A stretch of 64,000 nucleotides of DNA from Salpingoeca rosetta (lineage: Eukaryota; Protista; Choanoflagellata), in the NCBI GenBank assembly GCA_033442325.1, contig JAWQFM010000011.1, positions 1,402,593-1,466,592 on the forward strand, given 5' to 3'. The notes under the pieces were generated by a model. The model did not search any database. It was not told the origin of the DNA and was given only the letters and a program-made list of their open reading frames with translations. Every line of letters begins with the position of its first letter. Position 1 is the first letter of the stretch. Below are positions 1 to 27,427 of this stretch, piece after piece. The position numbers and the translations under genes were made by a program.

Positions 1-3
1 GTG

Positions 4-62
<59 letters not shown>

Positions 63-204
63 CCGTCTGTGCGTGTGTGTCTGTCTGTGTGGAATCGTTG
101 ACAAATACGCATCATGTTTCCCTCTTGCAAGACGTTGATTGTGAGGGTGAAGCGTCAGTCCTAACGCTGTTCGTCTTCCTGTTGCGGCCTTCTTGCTGTG
201 TTAG

Positions 205-1097
205 GGACATTGTGCTGCGGTTTGCAATTGGCGTGTTTGTTGGGTTTGCAAGTGCCTTGACGGGGTCAAGTGGCCCTGTTCTCCTGCTCCCCATCCTCAT
301 CAGCCTCAGATGGGATATCTTCATCTCCTTGGGGTGAGTACGCGACGCCTTGCGGGGGGGGGACGCAGCGAGCTGCCGTTGTTGCTCATCTGTGGTGCTG
401 TGGTTGTTGGTATAGTGATAGTACTCCTTGCTTCTGATACACCCCTGCACATTCCCATGCACCCTACTCACAGCAACGCGCGCTGACATGCACCTTCACG
501 CAACCATATGCACTCCCACGCACTCCAATGCACATGCACACACATGTACAGGTGTGCGCAGGCAATACAGATCCCGATTGCGGTGGCGTCTGTGATTGCA
601 TATGTGATTGGGCGGCCGGGCGTCATCGACTTTGCCATTGGCGGTGTTCTCTCCGCAACCCTCGTCCCCCTTCTTTGCTTCGGTGAGGTAGCTGCCCTCC
701 CTGAGGTGGTCTGTGTATGTCCTGTCTGTGTGTCTGTGTCTTTGTCTGCGTCTGTGTCTGTGTGTGAGAGAGTGTCTCTGTATGTGTGTGTCTGTCTGTC
801 TGTTCCTGTGTCTGTGTCTGTGTGTCTGTTCCTGTGTGCGCGCGCTGGCTGGTGTTTTCTGTGCAATGAATGTGTAACATGCTTATGTTCGCCCTGTTGG
901 CCTCTGAGCTAACGCATGCACACGTACACACGTGTACACACACACACACGTCCGTGTACGATTGCAAACACACGCGGGCAGGGGCGTATCTTGCGCATCG
1001 GTTGGAGGCGACAACGCTGAAGCTCGTGGTCAGCGTTGTCCTCGTGGTGGCCGGTGTCGGCCTCTTCTCGCAGCTCGCAGTGACAGAGCTGTCGTGA
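205..1097 (+). CDS. 3' part of a TauE/SafE (TSUP) family sulfite/anion exporter-like membrane protein; 5' exons lie upstream of the window
   Basis: Exons 205-333, 552-682 and 982-1097 are joined by GT-AG introns in consistent phase. They give DIVLRFAIGVFVGFASALTGSSGPVLLLPIL...AQAIQIPIAVASVIAYV...GAYLAHRLEATTLKLVVSVVLVVAGVGLF, which matches the Gly-rich TM motif and C-terminal GA.LA..L....LK pattern of TauE/SafE. Stop TGA at 1095-1097. Confidence 0.75.
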
Positions 1098-1201
1098 TGT
1101 GAATTCCAGCTTGGACACACACACGTGTGTTTTGTTTGTGAAGGTTATTGCATCCCACCCTGCCTGCCTGTGTGTCCCTGCCCTTGTATGTTGTTAAACA
1201 G

Positions 1202-1236
<35 letters not shown>

Positions 1237-1538
1237 TTGATTGAGGTCTTTTCATGTCACACGTTTCCAGTTCGCTTGCCTGCCTGCTCGCTATCGTTCG
1301 TTTGATCGCTGTAACTGATGTTCTAATTGATGTTTTCATTGCTCGCGTGGTATTGGATTGGTAGCATTGCCACTGTGGCTTTTCATTGTATTTGCACTTT
1401 CGCGCTTTGTGACTGAAATCAGAGTTGACATGAATCAAGAGCAAAGGCATCTCAGGTATCTCATCTTTCCACCCACACACACGCACGTGTGTGCTGCAGC
1501 TGGCTGTGATAAAGTGGGTGAGCAGCAAACAAACCCAA

Positions 1539-1569
<31 letters not shown>

Positions 1570-1876
1570 CACACACAAAAAAAAAAACAAAAAAAAATTA
1601 ACAAACATGCAAGAACCTACAAACAAGCCGACCTTCTATTTCATTCCAGTGCTTGCAGGTAGTGTTGAGCGAGTACCTTCTGTTGTGAATGTTTAGGTGC
1701 TTGAGTAAAGGGAGTGAAGCTAGCTAGCAAGCAAGCTGTCGTGACAGTGTCCTGAAATTCAAAGTCCCAAAGCAGCAAAGCGACCACTGGCTGGAACCAG
1801 CTTCCAGCGCAGCGTGCTGCTCTCATTGAAGAAGTCAATTTTGACTTTTACAAGAGCAATTTTGCCTTTGTTTGCT

Positions 1877-1883
1877 GTTGCCA
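1877..1883 (+). promoter_or_regulatory. Candidate RFX (X-box half-site) GTTGCCA upstream of the SPATA17-like gene
   Basis: GTTGCCA ends 90 bp upstream of the ATG at 1973 of a cilia-associated gene and matches the GTTGYCA RFX motif. Confidence 0.45.
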
Positions 1884-1972
1884 AGAAGAAGAAGTGAAGC
1901 GAGCGAGCAAGAAGGCACCAAGAAGGCAAGCAACCAACCACACCAAGAAGCAAGCAGGCAGGCAGGCAGGCG

Positions 1973-4728
<2,756 letters not shown>

Positions 4729-5353
4729 CATGCGATATTGGCAACCCTTTGTTGTGCTACAACACCGTTTGTTTTGTGTGTTGCGTGGCTGGTTGGCCTG
4801 CCCTTGATTCGTCAATTCCACACACCGCAAATCCCCCTTTGGTTTGATCTTGTCGCGCGCTTCTCTCCTGCCTGGTCAGTTGGTATGTGATGCGTTGGTG
4901 TGGCTGTCACCTCATCACCGACATCACGTTTTGTGCATTAGAACATCAACTGTGTATTGGGTGTTGGAGGAAAGCGGGAGGACGAGGCACAGGACAGGTG
5001 GGCAAGGTAGGCAGCAAACAAGAGCGCAAGGAGACGGCACACATGTGCACACGCAAACATGGCAACACGAAAACGAGCAGAACAGTGCAGCACCACGACA
5101 GACACAGCGCACGCAGAAACACACGCGCTGGTCGTGGCGAGGGAGAACGAAAAGCCATGGAAAACAAACAAGAGCAAGCAAACACGCAAGTGGGCAAACA
5201 AACGCACGTGCCGCCGTCATTGCGGCAGTGGCGGTGGCTTGTGCGTGCAAACAACGCACACGCACACGCACACGCACGCGCACACGCACACGCACGCGCA
5301 CACGCACAAAACAATGGAGAGAGGCAGAGAAGGTGAACGGGCCGAGGACCGTG

Positions 5354-18063
<12,710 letters not shown>

Positions 18064-18175
18064 GGTGGGTGGCAGCTCGATCTCAATCACAGGGTGTTTA
18101 CTGAAAATTGACTGCCCTGCCCACTGACAATCGTCAATCTAATTATACTGTCGTAAACAGCACCAATTGGCGGCA
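18064..18175. promoter_or_regulatory. Compact bidirectional promoter (oxidase <- -> RAD51D)
   Basis: 112 bp between divergent ATGs. Contains TGTTTAC (18095-18101), GTAAACA (18153-18159) and palindromic CCAATTGG (18163-18170). Confidence 0.6.
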
Positions 18176-19929
18176 ATGCGATTAGTGCCTGACTTGGTGC
18201 CAGCGCTCACATCCAGTGTCCTGGACGCGCTGAAGCGAGCCAACCTCTTCACTGGTGTGTAGTGTGTACTGCGTATGGCTGCGTGGCTTGCGTGATCTCA
18301 TGGTTTGCGTGGCTACATGGCTGCATGATCGAGTTTGTCAACACTTGCTTGTGCATGCGTGTGCTTGTCATGCGCGCGCCACAATGTGCCAATGTCTGTA
18401 GCTGAGCTTGTGTGCTCTTGTGTGCGCCCATGTCAGTGTGTGCAGGGTCATCTGCCTGCGTTTGTCCGTGCATCCAGCTGTGTCTCACACCATGCGCTGT
18501 GCGAACAGTGAATCAGTTTCTGTTTTGCGGCGATGCACAAGTTGTTGCAGACACAGAGCTCCCCATCACCACGGTAGTGCTGTTGAGGGAGCAGCTGCTG
18601 CAGCTCGATGCGTACAGAATACAAGTGCGCAGCGCACGCTCGAGCCTCGCCCGTGAAGAGAAGCACAGCGTGTCCACCGGAGTTCACACGTGAGAAAAGA
18701 GCTCGCATGACATGTGACCCTGTCTTGCTTACCTCAGCTTATGTGTGCCAGAGCCACAACTGGAGTTCTTAGAACCAAGACTCACGCGACTGGGTTTGTG
18801 CGGCTCTGCAGGATCGACGACCTTCTCGGTGGCCGCGGATTGCCAGCCGGCAAAATCACACAGCTCTTTGGGCGCAGCTCGACAGGAAAGACCCAGGTTT
18901 GTCACATGCACTCCACAGGTCGCTGGGGGGTGGTGGTGGTGGCTGGGGATGCGATTGAGAAAGCTGCGCGTGCGCGACTTGCGATCGCAGTTGGTGATGG
19001 CAATACCGCGCGCCCTTTGTTCCGCTGCCGTTTTGCAGGTGTGTCTGACGGCCGCTGCTTCCGCCGCCTGTGAAGGACATCAGGTACATAACAGCCCCGG
19101 CCGCCAGTCGTGCTTCCTTGTGCGCCGCCTTTTTGCGTTGCATACAATGGCTTCGCGCCAAGCTCGACCGCAACCCACCACTCTCTGTTTTTCTTCTTCT
19201 TTTTCTTCGACTGCAGGTCGTGATATTTGACAGCAACTCATCGTATGCTGCAGAGAGATTACGCGACATCATTGAGCATAAGGCGGATGCGTCACACCAG
19301 GTCCATGCGTGCGTGCGTGTGTGTGCGTGCGTGTGTGTGCGTGCGTGCGTGCGTGCGTGCGCACATGTGTTGATGGTAGGGCGCTGTGTTAAGTGCGCAC
19401 TGCTCACTGTATGTGACCCGACTTGCATTCATGCCATCCATGCTGTCTTTGCTTCAATGCGAACTGGATCTACATTGGCAGGCGGTGGATGTGAAGAGCG
19501 CGTGCGAGCGGATCCGAGTTGTGGCCGTGCGCGACCCTTGGCAACTGATCGACGGCCTGCACCACCTCCTCTCGATGCTATCACCACCCTCGTCATCCTT
19601 GTCATCGTCATTGTCATCCTCACAGCCGCCACTGTTACCGTCGCCTGCCGCTTTGCATCACAGCGCATCATGTGCGTGTGCTGGGCTCCCTCACCGAACA
19701 GCTGCTGCTGTCACTGTGTTGGTGATCTTGTTCTGTTGCTTCGACACAACAGCACACCCACGCCTTGCTGAACAGCATCAGTGCTTGGCCCTCACAGACG
19801 TTACGTGTGTGTGTGTGCATGTCAATGTGCGTTTTGGAGTACAGCGACTTCGACGCTGATTGTCATTGACAGCATTGGCAATACCTTCTCTCCATACATT
19901 AGCTCCACGGCCAACGGTGCGCGCCTCTG

Positions 19930-19961
<32 letters not shown>

Positions 19962-21016
19962 TGTGCGCGTGCGTGCGTGCGTGTGCGCGTGTGTGTGTGC
20001 GTGCGTGCGTGTGTGTGTGTGCGTGCGTGCGTGCGTGTGTGTGTGTGTGTGCGTGTGTGCGCGTGTGTGTGTGTGTGTGCGTGTGTGTGAATACAAGCGT
20101 GCGCAAACAAGGGCGTGCGCAAACAAGGGCGTGCTTTTCACTGCTCACCCCTTGCTCACGCACTCGTGCTCACACACTGTCTTGCCAACGTTCATGTGCA
20201 TGCATCCGCCGTGGCGGCGTTCAGGTCACGCCTTGCTGGCCAGTGTGGGCGACATCCTTCGGCGCATCATGCAAACCACACATGCGGCGTGTTTGGTGAG
20301 TTCATGCACACGCTCGCGTGTGTGATGACAGGTTGGCGTTTGTGGATAACGCCACCACCTGCTCCACTCTCTCCCATTTCTTGGTTTTGTTCGCCCAGCG
20401 GTTTTGGACTCATGCACTGTTTGATGCCGCAGGTCACAAACTACCTCGTACACAGCGGGGCTCACCCCGATGGTAAACCCGCCCTTGGCAGCGCCTGGGA
20501 GCGCACTCCTTTCATCAACATCAAGGTGCAGTTACACCCGCAAGTCGCCCTCAACGCCACCTCCTCTTCACGCAGCTGATGTGTCGTTCACGTACCTGCA
20601 TGAATTGCCCACTGATGTTGACTTTGCTCCCTGTTTTTCTCCAACCCAACTACTACAAGGTGGCCCGGGCCGACCCCAGCAGCTTGTTAACAACCCTTGA
20701 AGTGCTGCCTGCTTGCCCTTCTCGTATCGAGGTGCGCGTGCACTCGTTCTCAAGCCTCAATATCTGCTCCTCCATGCGCGTGCACCCATGCATGCAGGCC
20801 TGCAAAGTGCACCTTTGGCCTTTCCCCCAACCACCTCCTTTTTCGCGCCCACCCCAACTTCCCAAACCTCTCACGCCTCACTCATAATTGCTGTGCTATG
20901 TGATTGTGTGGCGTGTGCTATTCGTGCACATGGACTGTGAATAGGCGCAGGTTGGCGTCGGCTTTTCGGCGCAGGTGGGGCTCGGGCCGACCGGGGTTGT
21001 GGACCTATCGACGTGA
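18176..21016 (+). CDS. RAD51D: RAD51 paralog D (RecA family)
   Basis: N-terminus [24 protein letters not shown]; STGVHTIDDLLGG; Walker [13 protein letters not shown]; FDSNSS..AERL; Walker B LIVIDSI; [12 protein letters not shown]. Colinear with RAD51D. Last exon ends at TGA 21014-21016. Confidence 0.82.
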
Positions 21017-22179
21017 ACCGTTGCCATGGCTGACGTGGACCGTCTTGGCGACAACGGGTGCTCTGCAACGCAACAAACAACAACGACAATAACAATGACA
21101 GTTACACTGAGATACACACACACACACGCACACACAGACAGACAGACAGACACACACACACAGACACACACACACACAGACACACACACACACACACAGA
21201 TACACACACACACACACAGACACACACACATACACACACATACACAATATGGATGGATGGACAGGCATACAGGGCAATAAACGTAAACCCTTGTGAACTT
21301 TGCATCAAGGCCCAAGACAATGATGACACACGCGCGGTGATGACGTCATCACAAGTGCTTTGAATTTGTTCGTGACTGTGTGCATTGTGATGTTCCTGCC
21401 AACGCCAGAACAGCCAGAACTTCAGGAGATCTTGCATGCATATTCCTGTGCCTTTGATTCGCGGAACTGCGTTCGTGAGCACCCCACGCTGTCGCGGTGC
21501 TTGCCGTTTGCTCACACACGAAGCCAGCAACGCTATCGTGGTGGGAAGCAAGTTGCACCTTCGATCCGCACACATACCACACTGCCAACCACGCCACCGA
21601 GTACCAGCCACCTTCCACCCCCGACGCACACATTTACCCCATTCCCATGCCATCCCCAGCGTTGAACATTTTGAGTTAGACGGCCAGGGGAAGACAAGCA
21701 CTGAAGCGGACCGTAACCAGAGAGCACTTGCTCTTCCTCAGTTCCTTCTTCCTTGATCTCTTTTGAAGAGAGAAACACGCATCTCCGTGTCAGGTAAACG
21801 AGGCGAGTGTGTGCTTGTGCGCCCAGTTCGCCATTTGGCCCGCTTGTGCCCTCTCTTGCCGCGCTTGGCTCACCACCGCATGCCGTGATGTTTCAACACG
21901 TCTGCCGGAGCAGGTTTCGAGGCGCGAATACGCGGCTTGGAGTTGGTTTGACAAGACAACACACTTGCACATCATGAGGTTCGTCGACACAGGTGCATGT
22001 GTTGACCCTCTCTGTGTTTCCTTTGCTCACCGCCCGTTGGCAACCATGCGAACTCGTCCCCCTCCCCTTCCAAGCCGGCTTCATTTCTAACGCCTGTTCT
22101 TGTTCTTCCTTGGGCATCCCGTGCCTGCGTTCGTATGCTTCCGCCCTGTTGGGACTCGCTGGTTCGGGACAGCTCACAG

Positions 22180-22344
22180 GCACATCACGGAGGTGACGCA
22201 GCAGCGCAGCGGAATGACGGCTTCAACCCCATCCCGTTCATTGTGCTGGCTGTGATTGGCCTGGCCGTTCAGTTTGTCGTGCGATCCATGCTGGTACGGA
22301 GAAGAACCAACCCTCTGCCTGCTTGAGTGCGGGTGCGTGCGTGC

Positions 22345-22443
<99 letters not shown>

Positions 22444-24288
22444 TTCACATGCAAATATTTACATGCATATGTTGTCGCGTGCGTGTGCGTGTTCGTGTGC
22501 GTGTGCGTGTGTCTTGCAGATGCGACTCCCCTCACGCTTGTCCTGCTTTCCAAAGCCCATCCATTGCTCTTTTGCGCTTCATCTCAACCATACTTCATGT
22601 CAACTTGCGTCCCTGCCATAACCAACAGAAAAAGGAAGAGCCAGAGGAGGCCGAGCGGCCCGTGCGTAGGTCCTCTTCGCGCTCCCGATCCAGATCCACA
22701 TCGAAAGCGCGAACGCGCTCCGCGTCACGTACACGCTCTAAGAGCCCACGCACAGCGTCGTCTCTGTCCCGCCGCTCGTCCACGACCAGCCTTGGGTCGG
22801 CAGCGAGCGCCAACCCAATCTCAATGGGTGAGCGCGGGCGCAGCCGTGCGCGCACTCCGACCGCCATCGACGACGAGGACGTTGAGTCGAATGCCGCTTC
22901 TGCGTCCAAGAGCGCGCATGCATCGCCCCCGCACTCTGAGCGCCGAATGTCAAGACGTGACAGCGAGAGCAGCCTGCTTGCGGACTCGGAGCAAGGCAGC
23001 ATGACAAGCTCGGTGGCCAGCAGCGGCGGGCACAGCGCCACCAGCGGGGCGTCTGCTGGGTCACGCAAGAGCGTTCTCTCGGCCCGCTCCTCGGCGTCAA
23101 TTCGCAGCATGTTGTCGGCACGCAGCTCAAAGAGCGCAGCGAGCGTTGTCAGTCGCATCTCAGCCCGCAGCACGTCATCAACGCGCACCATCCGTGCTGC
23201 CGACCAAGACCAGCCCAAGGCGGTTGCACCTTTGTCCTCATCCGAAGCAACCAGCGTGCCTCCTCATCGCTCGAAGCCCGTCAACCAAGAGGCACCCACA
23301 GCCGCCGCTCAAGCACCGGCGCTTGCACGTGTGACCAAGATGACCCGGCGCAATCGCAGCAAAAGCTTCTCTGGGTTCGTCCAACTCTGTGTGTGTGTGT
23401 GTGTGTATGTGTGTGTGTGTGTTGTGTGTGTTGTGTGTGTGTTGTGTGTGTTGTGTGTGTGTTGTGTGTGCGAACCCCTCTGCGTACTCTTCTTGTTGCA
23501 CATGTGCACAGGTTTCCCCCCGTCCACATGCACAACGACAGCTCACCGCATTGCAGGCTTCTATGTGGGTGTTGTTCTGTGTCACGCCTTCACACTTGCT
23601 TCACAACTCACAAGCGCATGTCGGTCCGCCCGGCTCTGAATGTCATTGTCTGGACAGGCGCGGTATTAAGATCGAGGCCCTGGCCGACCAGGCGCAGGCG
23701 CTGGCAAACGCAGGCAACAGCAACAGCAGCAGGCCATCAAGCAGACAGCAAGCTAGGTCGCCAACCACAAGGCCCAGCGCCGCCAAGAGCACGGCGTCAA
23801 AGCCAAGCACGCCAAGTGCAGCGGCAGCCACTCCCCCAGCGGCGAAGGAGACGAAGAAGACAAAGAAGAAGCCGAAGAAGCAGCTCAAGCGCGCCAAGAG
23901 CCAGGGTGTTCTTGACACTGGCGCAATGTCTTCGACAACAGCAGCAGCGGCAGCAGGCGGTTTCGGCGGCGGTGGCCGTGATGGCGGCTCTTCGTCTGGT
24001 CCCAGCGCGTTTTCTTTGTCCATTGGCAGTGTTGAGAGGCAGCGGCTGATGCGCGCCATCACATCCATCAGCCCTCGTGACGACGCAACAGAGCTTGTGT
24101 CCGTTGGGTTTGCGTCTGGTCAGGAGGCGGAGCTGCCGCTTCGGGATCCCAGCGAGCGCACGCGCACGCGCCTGGAGAAGGAGTTGGATGAAATGGAGCA
24201 GGCTGCCATGTACGCGGGGCTGCCCCACTACACATGGAAGGTGGATTTGGGCGACAACGTCGTCGTCGTCAGCGTGCGCTCCGCGTAG
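22180..24288 (+). CDS. Unknown protein: single N-proximal TM helix, long Ser/Arg-rich disordered region, small C-terminal globular segment (start not resolved)
   Basis: Exons about 22180-22292 (FNPIPFIVLAVIGLAVQFVVRSML), about 22629-23373 (RRSSSRSRSRSTSK...) and about 23658-24288 (KKTKKKPKK...ERTRTRLEKELDEME..PHYTWKVDLGDNVVVVSVRSA*). Coding-like codon usage. Confidence 0.6.
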
Positions 24289-24310
24289 GACGCCCTTCCT
24301 GTGTTTTTTT

Positions 24311-24376
<66 letters not shown>

Positions 24377-25124
24377 GTGTTTGCTTTGTGTGTGTGTGTG
24401 TGTGTGCTGTCTGTGTGTGTTTGCTGTGTTTGCTATGTGTGTGTGTTTTGCTTTGTGCATGTGCGTGTGCTTTGTGAGTAGTACATGTGTTATTGCCTTA
24501 TCTTTGCTGCGCGTGTGCACGCTGCTGAATATGGCACAAGAGCTTGTGTGCGCATGTTATGTTGTATGTATTCACTTTCATCTCGTATCTCTGCTCCTTC
24601 TCTGTCTGCGCCGTGCCGTGCACTTCTCCGAGCAAACTCGCCCTCTTCTGTCCCTCTGGCATGTTCGCCACACCTTGCTCCATGGCAGACAAGTGCAGCG
24701 CCAAAAGGGCGCATGGTTTCTCTCGCTAGCTCCCCCGTGTCTTCTCTTTACGTGAAGCACCCACGAAACAATAAACAACAAAAGCTGCTGCCCGACGCAA
24801 ACACACACCACTCTACCACTGTGCTTGTGCCATCAACGCCGCGATCGTCCTCATCACACCTCTCTTTCGCTTCACCTTCATTGACAACCATAACCATCAT
24901 CGACGCTTCAGGGATTCATTGAGGCAAGTGTATACAGGAGCAGAGCAAGGGGGAGTGCCTGTCTGAAAGGAAGTTTACTGATGTGCGCTTGATTCACAGA
25001 CAGGGAAGAGCAAAGAAAGAGGGGAATGGGGCCGTGAACGCACAGGAGCAAAACGGTGGGCACACGAGGCGCGACCAACCAACACGACAACCCAGCCAGG
25101 GCCAGCAGGCGCAAGCGAGCAAGC

Positions 25125-27181
25125 TTAGGCGGTGGCAGCCTTCTTGGCAGCGCGAGCCTTGCGGATGGACAGGTTGTTCTTGCGACGGCGCTCGTTCTTG
25201 AGGTAGGCGTTGCGGCGCTTCGTCTTGACGTACGGGTTGAGCTTCAGCAGAGCTTGCAGGTTCTGTCAAGGCAAAAGAAATGGGAGCAAGCGAGTGAGCG
25301 TGAGAGTTTGTGTGTGCGTGAGGCGTGGTAGGAATGTGGTCAAAGCTGAGGTCAAAGTGTGCTCGACAAGGCCAAGTGGTGCGGGGCGCCACCACCATGC
25401 ACAAACAAGCGACGGGAGGCATCAAGATCAACACACGCATGCATCCAAGCAAAGCGTGCACCCATCGACGAGTTGTTTGGACAACACACAAAAACAAACA
25501 AACGAGCAGCGTTTTGTCAACGAACCGTCAGCGGGTTCTTCTTGACGGTGCGGCGGCGAGGAGCCTTGCGCTTGGCGCGGATGACGCTCTGGATCTCATC
25601 CGAGTTGATGATGCGGGAGAGGTCGGCGTTGGTCATCTTGGTGCGAGGCATGTAGTAAGGGGCGCCGTTGGTGCGCTTCTTGAGGGACATGTCTGCGGGC
25701 TTGTTGCCGGTGCCGAAGAGCTTGTTGAGGTGGTTGAAGGCGCCCTCGGTCCAGATGATGAAGCGGCCAACGTGGCCACCGGGGGCGAGCTTGAGCACGC
25801 TGAGGGACTCAACGGGGCACAGCTCCACACCAGGGAGGTTGCGGAAGGCGCGCACAATGCCGTTGTTCTTCTTGTAGCAGACGAGGGGGCCGCGGCGCAT
25901 GGTGTGGCGGCGGTTCCTCCACTTGCCCTTGCCGGAGCGGAGGCTGCGGCTGTTCTTGCAGCGGTCCACGTCGTTGTAGGCGCCGAGGGTCTTGAGGAGG
26001 GCGACGGCGGCCTTGGTGGTCTTCATGCTCTCAACCTCGTTGGAGACGACGAGGGGCACCTGCTGCAGCTTGGCAATGGAGTGGCCGCGGGCCTCGACGA
26101 GGGAAGGGAGGGCGGAGGCGGCGAGCGCAGACGCGGTGGCGAAGCGGCGCTGGTTCTTGTTGATGCGGCGGTGCCAGTGGCGCCAGATCTTGGTGGGGGC
26201 GAACATGCGACCCTTGCGGCACATGTTACCGAAGGCACCCTGGCCGCTACGGCTGGTACCGCTGCCGGCAACACGGGGGATACGGGACACGGCGCGGCCG
26301 GTACCCCAGGAGGCAGCAGAGTGCTGGTGACCAGCGCGCTCGCTCACGGCGTAAGGCTGGCGGCTGAGGTGATGATAGAGAGAGTCAAAGAAAGAGAGAG
26401 AAAAAGAGGGAGGGGGGAGAGAGAGAGTGTGTGTGTGTGTTGGGGAACAAATGTGTGCACGCACACGTGTGAGTGAGATTGAGTGTAGTTTGAACGTGAA
26501 TGGCAGGGGAGAAGCATGGGAGCAGGCACAGGCACGTGCGTACGTGGAGCAGTGAAACCAAACAACAAACAAATAGTGACATGTGGGATTATGAGATGAA
26601 GCGTTCACCACTGACGATGAGCGCATGAAAGCACATGTCCACCAAACGCAGGAACACACCCTCCCTACACACGTGAATGCGAAAGAACGCACCTGTTCTT
26701 GGCCATGTTGGTGTGAACAAAGTGCACAACATCCGTGCGGATGGGGGCAGTGAACACAGCGGGCAGGGCGACCTGACCAACGCTGGCGCCCTTGGAGGTG
26801 CCGTAAACGGTGACTTGGCGGCGAGCCGTGGCCTACACATGGTGATTGAGCGAGCGAGCGAGTGAGTGAGTGAGTGAGTGAGTGAGTGAGTGAGGGATTG
26901 GAATGGTGGACACAGTGCGTGAGGCAGCAAATGGGCTGGTGTGGTACGTGCGTGATCAGTGAGGGCCAAGTGGACACCAACTAACCACACAAGCGCACAC
27001 ACACACGCACCACACCAAGTGATCTTCACCACTGTGGTGCCCTTGTCACTTCAGCATCAAAAGAAGCTCTGCACAGACACAGACGCAGACACAGACACAG
27101 ACACAGACACAGACATACGCTCAAACACACAAGCACAAGTCATCGACCACCACCATCGCGTGTGCCAGCAAAGCTCACCAT
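25125..27181 (-). CDS. RPL4: 60S ribosomal protein L4 (uL4)
   Basis: ATG-only first coding exon (27179-27181), then [94 protein letters not shown] and [17 protein letters not shown]. Stop TAA at 25125-25127. Confidence 0.98.
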
Positions 27182-27217
27182 CTTGGAAGGTTGTGCTCTC
27201 GCGTGTGTGTGTGGAGT

Positions 27218-27232
27218 GGAAGGGGAAAAAGG
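27218..27232 (-). promoter_or_regulatory. TCT/5'TOP-like pyrimidine tract at the likely RPL4 transcription start
   Basis: CCTTTTTCCCCTTCC on the minus strand, about 37-51 nt upstream of the ATG. Confidence 0.5.
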
Positions 27233-27427
27233 CACGTTTCTCTCATTTTGTCGCACAAGGATAATTTTTCTCAGGAAGCACGTGTGGCAAGAGGACAATT
27301 CGCCAAATCTTCCACACAAATAACGGGTTGCAAGGATGAAACTGAAATCAGGTTCTCTGAGAACCAAGAAAAAAAAAAAGGAACAACAAGTTTTGTTCTT
27401 TGGGGTGGGGGGAATGCCGCGCACAAT

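Noticed and set aside
21389-21990. Short ORFs between RAD51D and the orphan TM gene
   Set aside because: No phase-consistent splice to downstream exons found and no family similarity; may be UTR or unresolved 5' exons.
25325-26476. 383-aa plus-strand ORF
   Set aside because: Antisense of highly codon-biased RPL4.
26365-27178. U16/U18 snoRNA homologs in RPL4 introns
   Set aside because: No sense-strand RUGAUGA...CUGA pair with a recognisable guide; kept only as unexplained hairpins.
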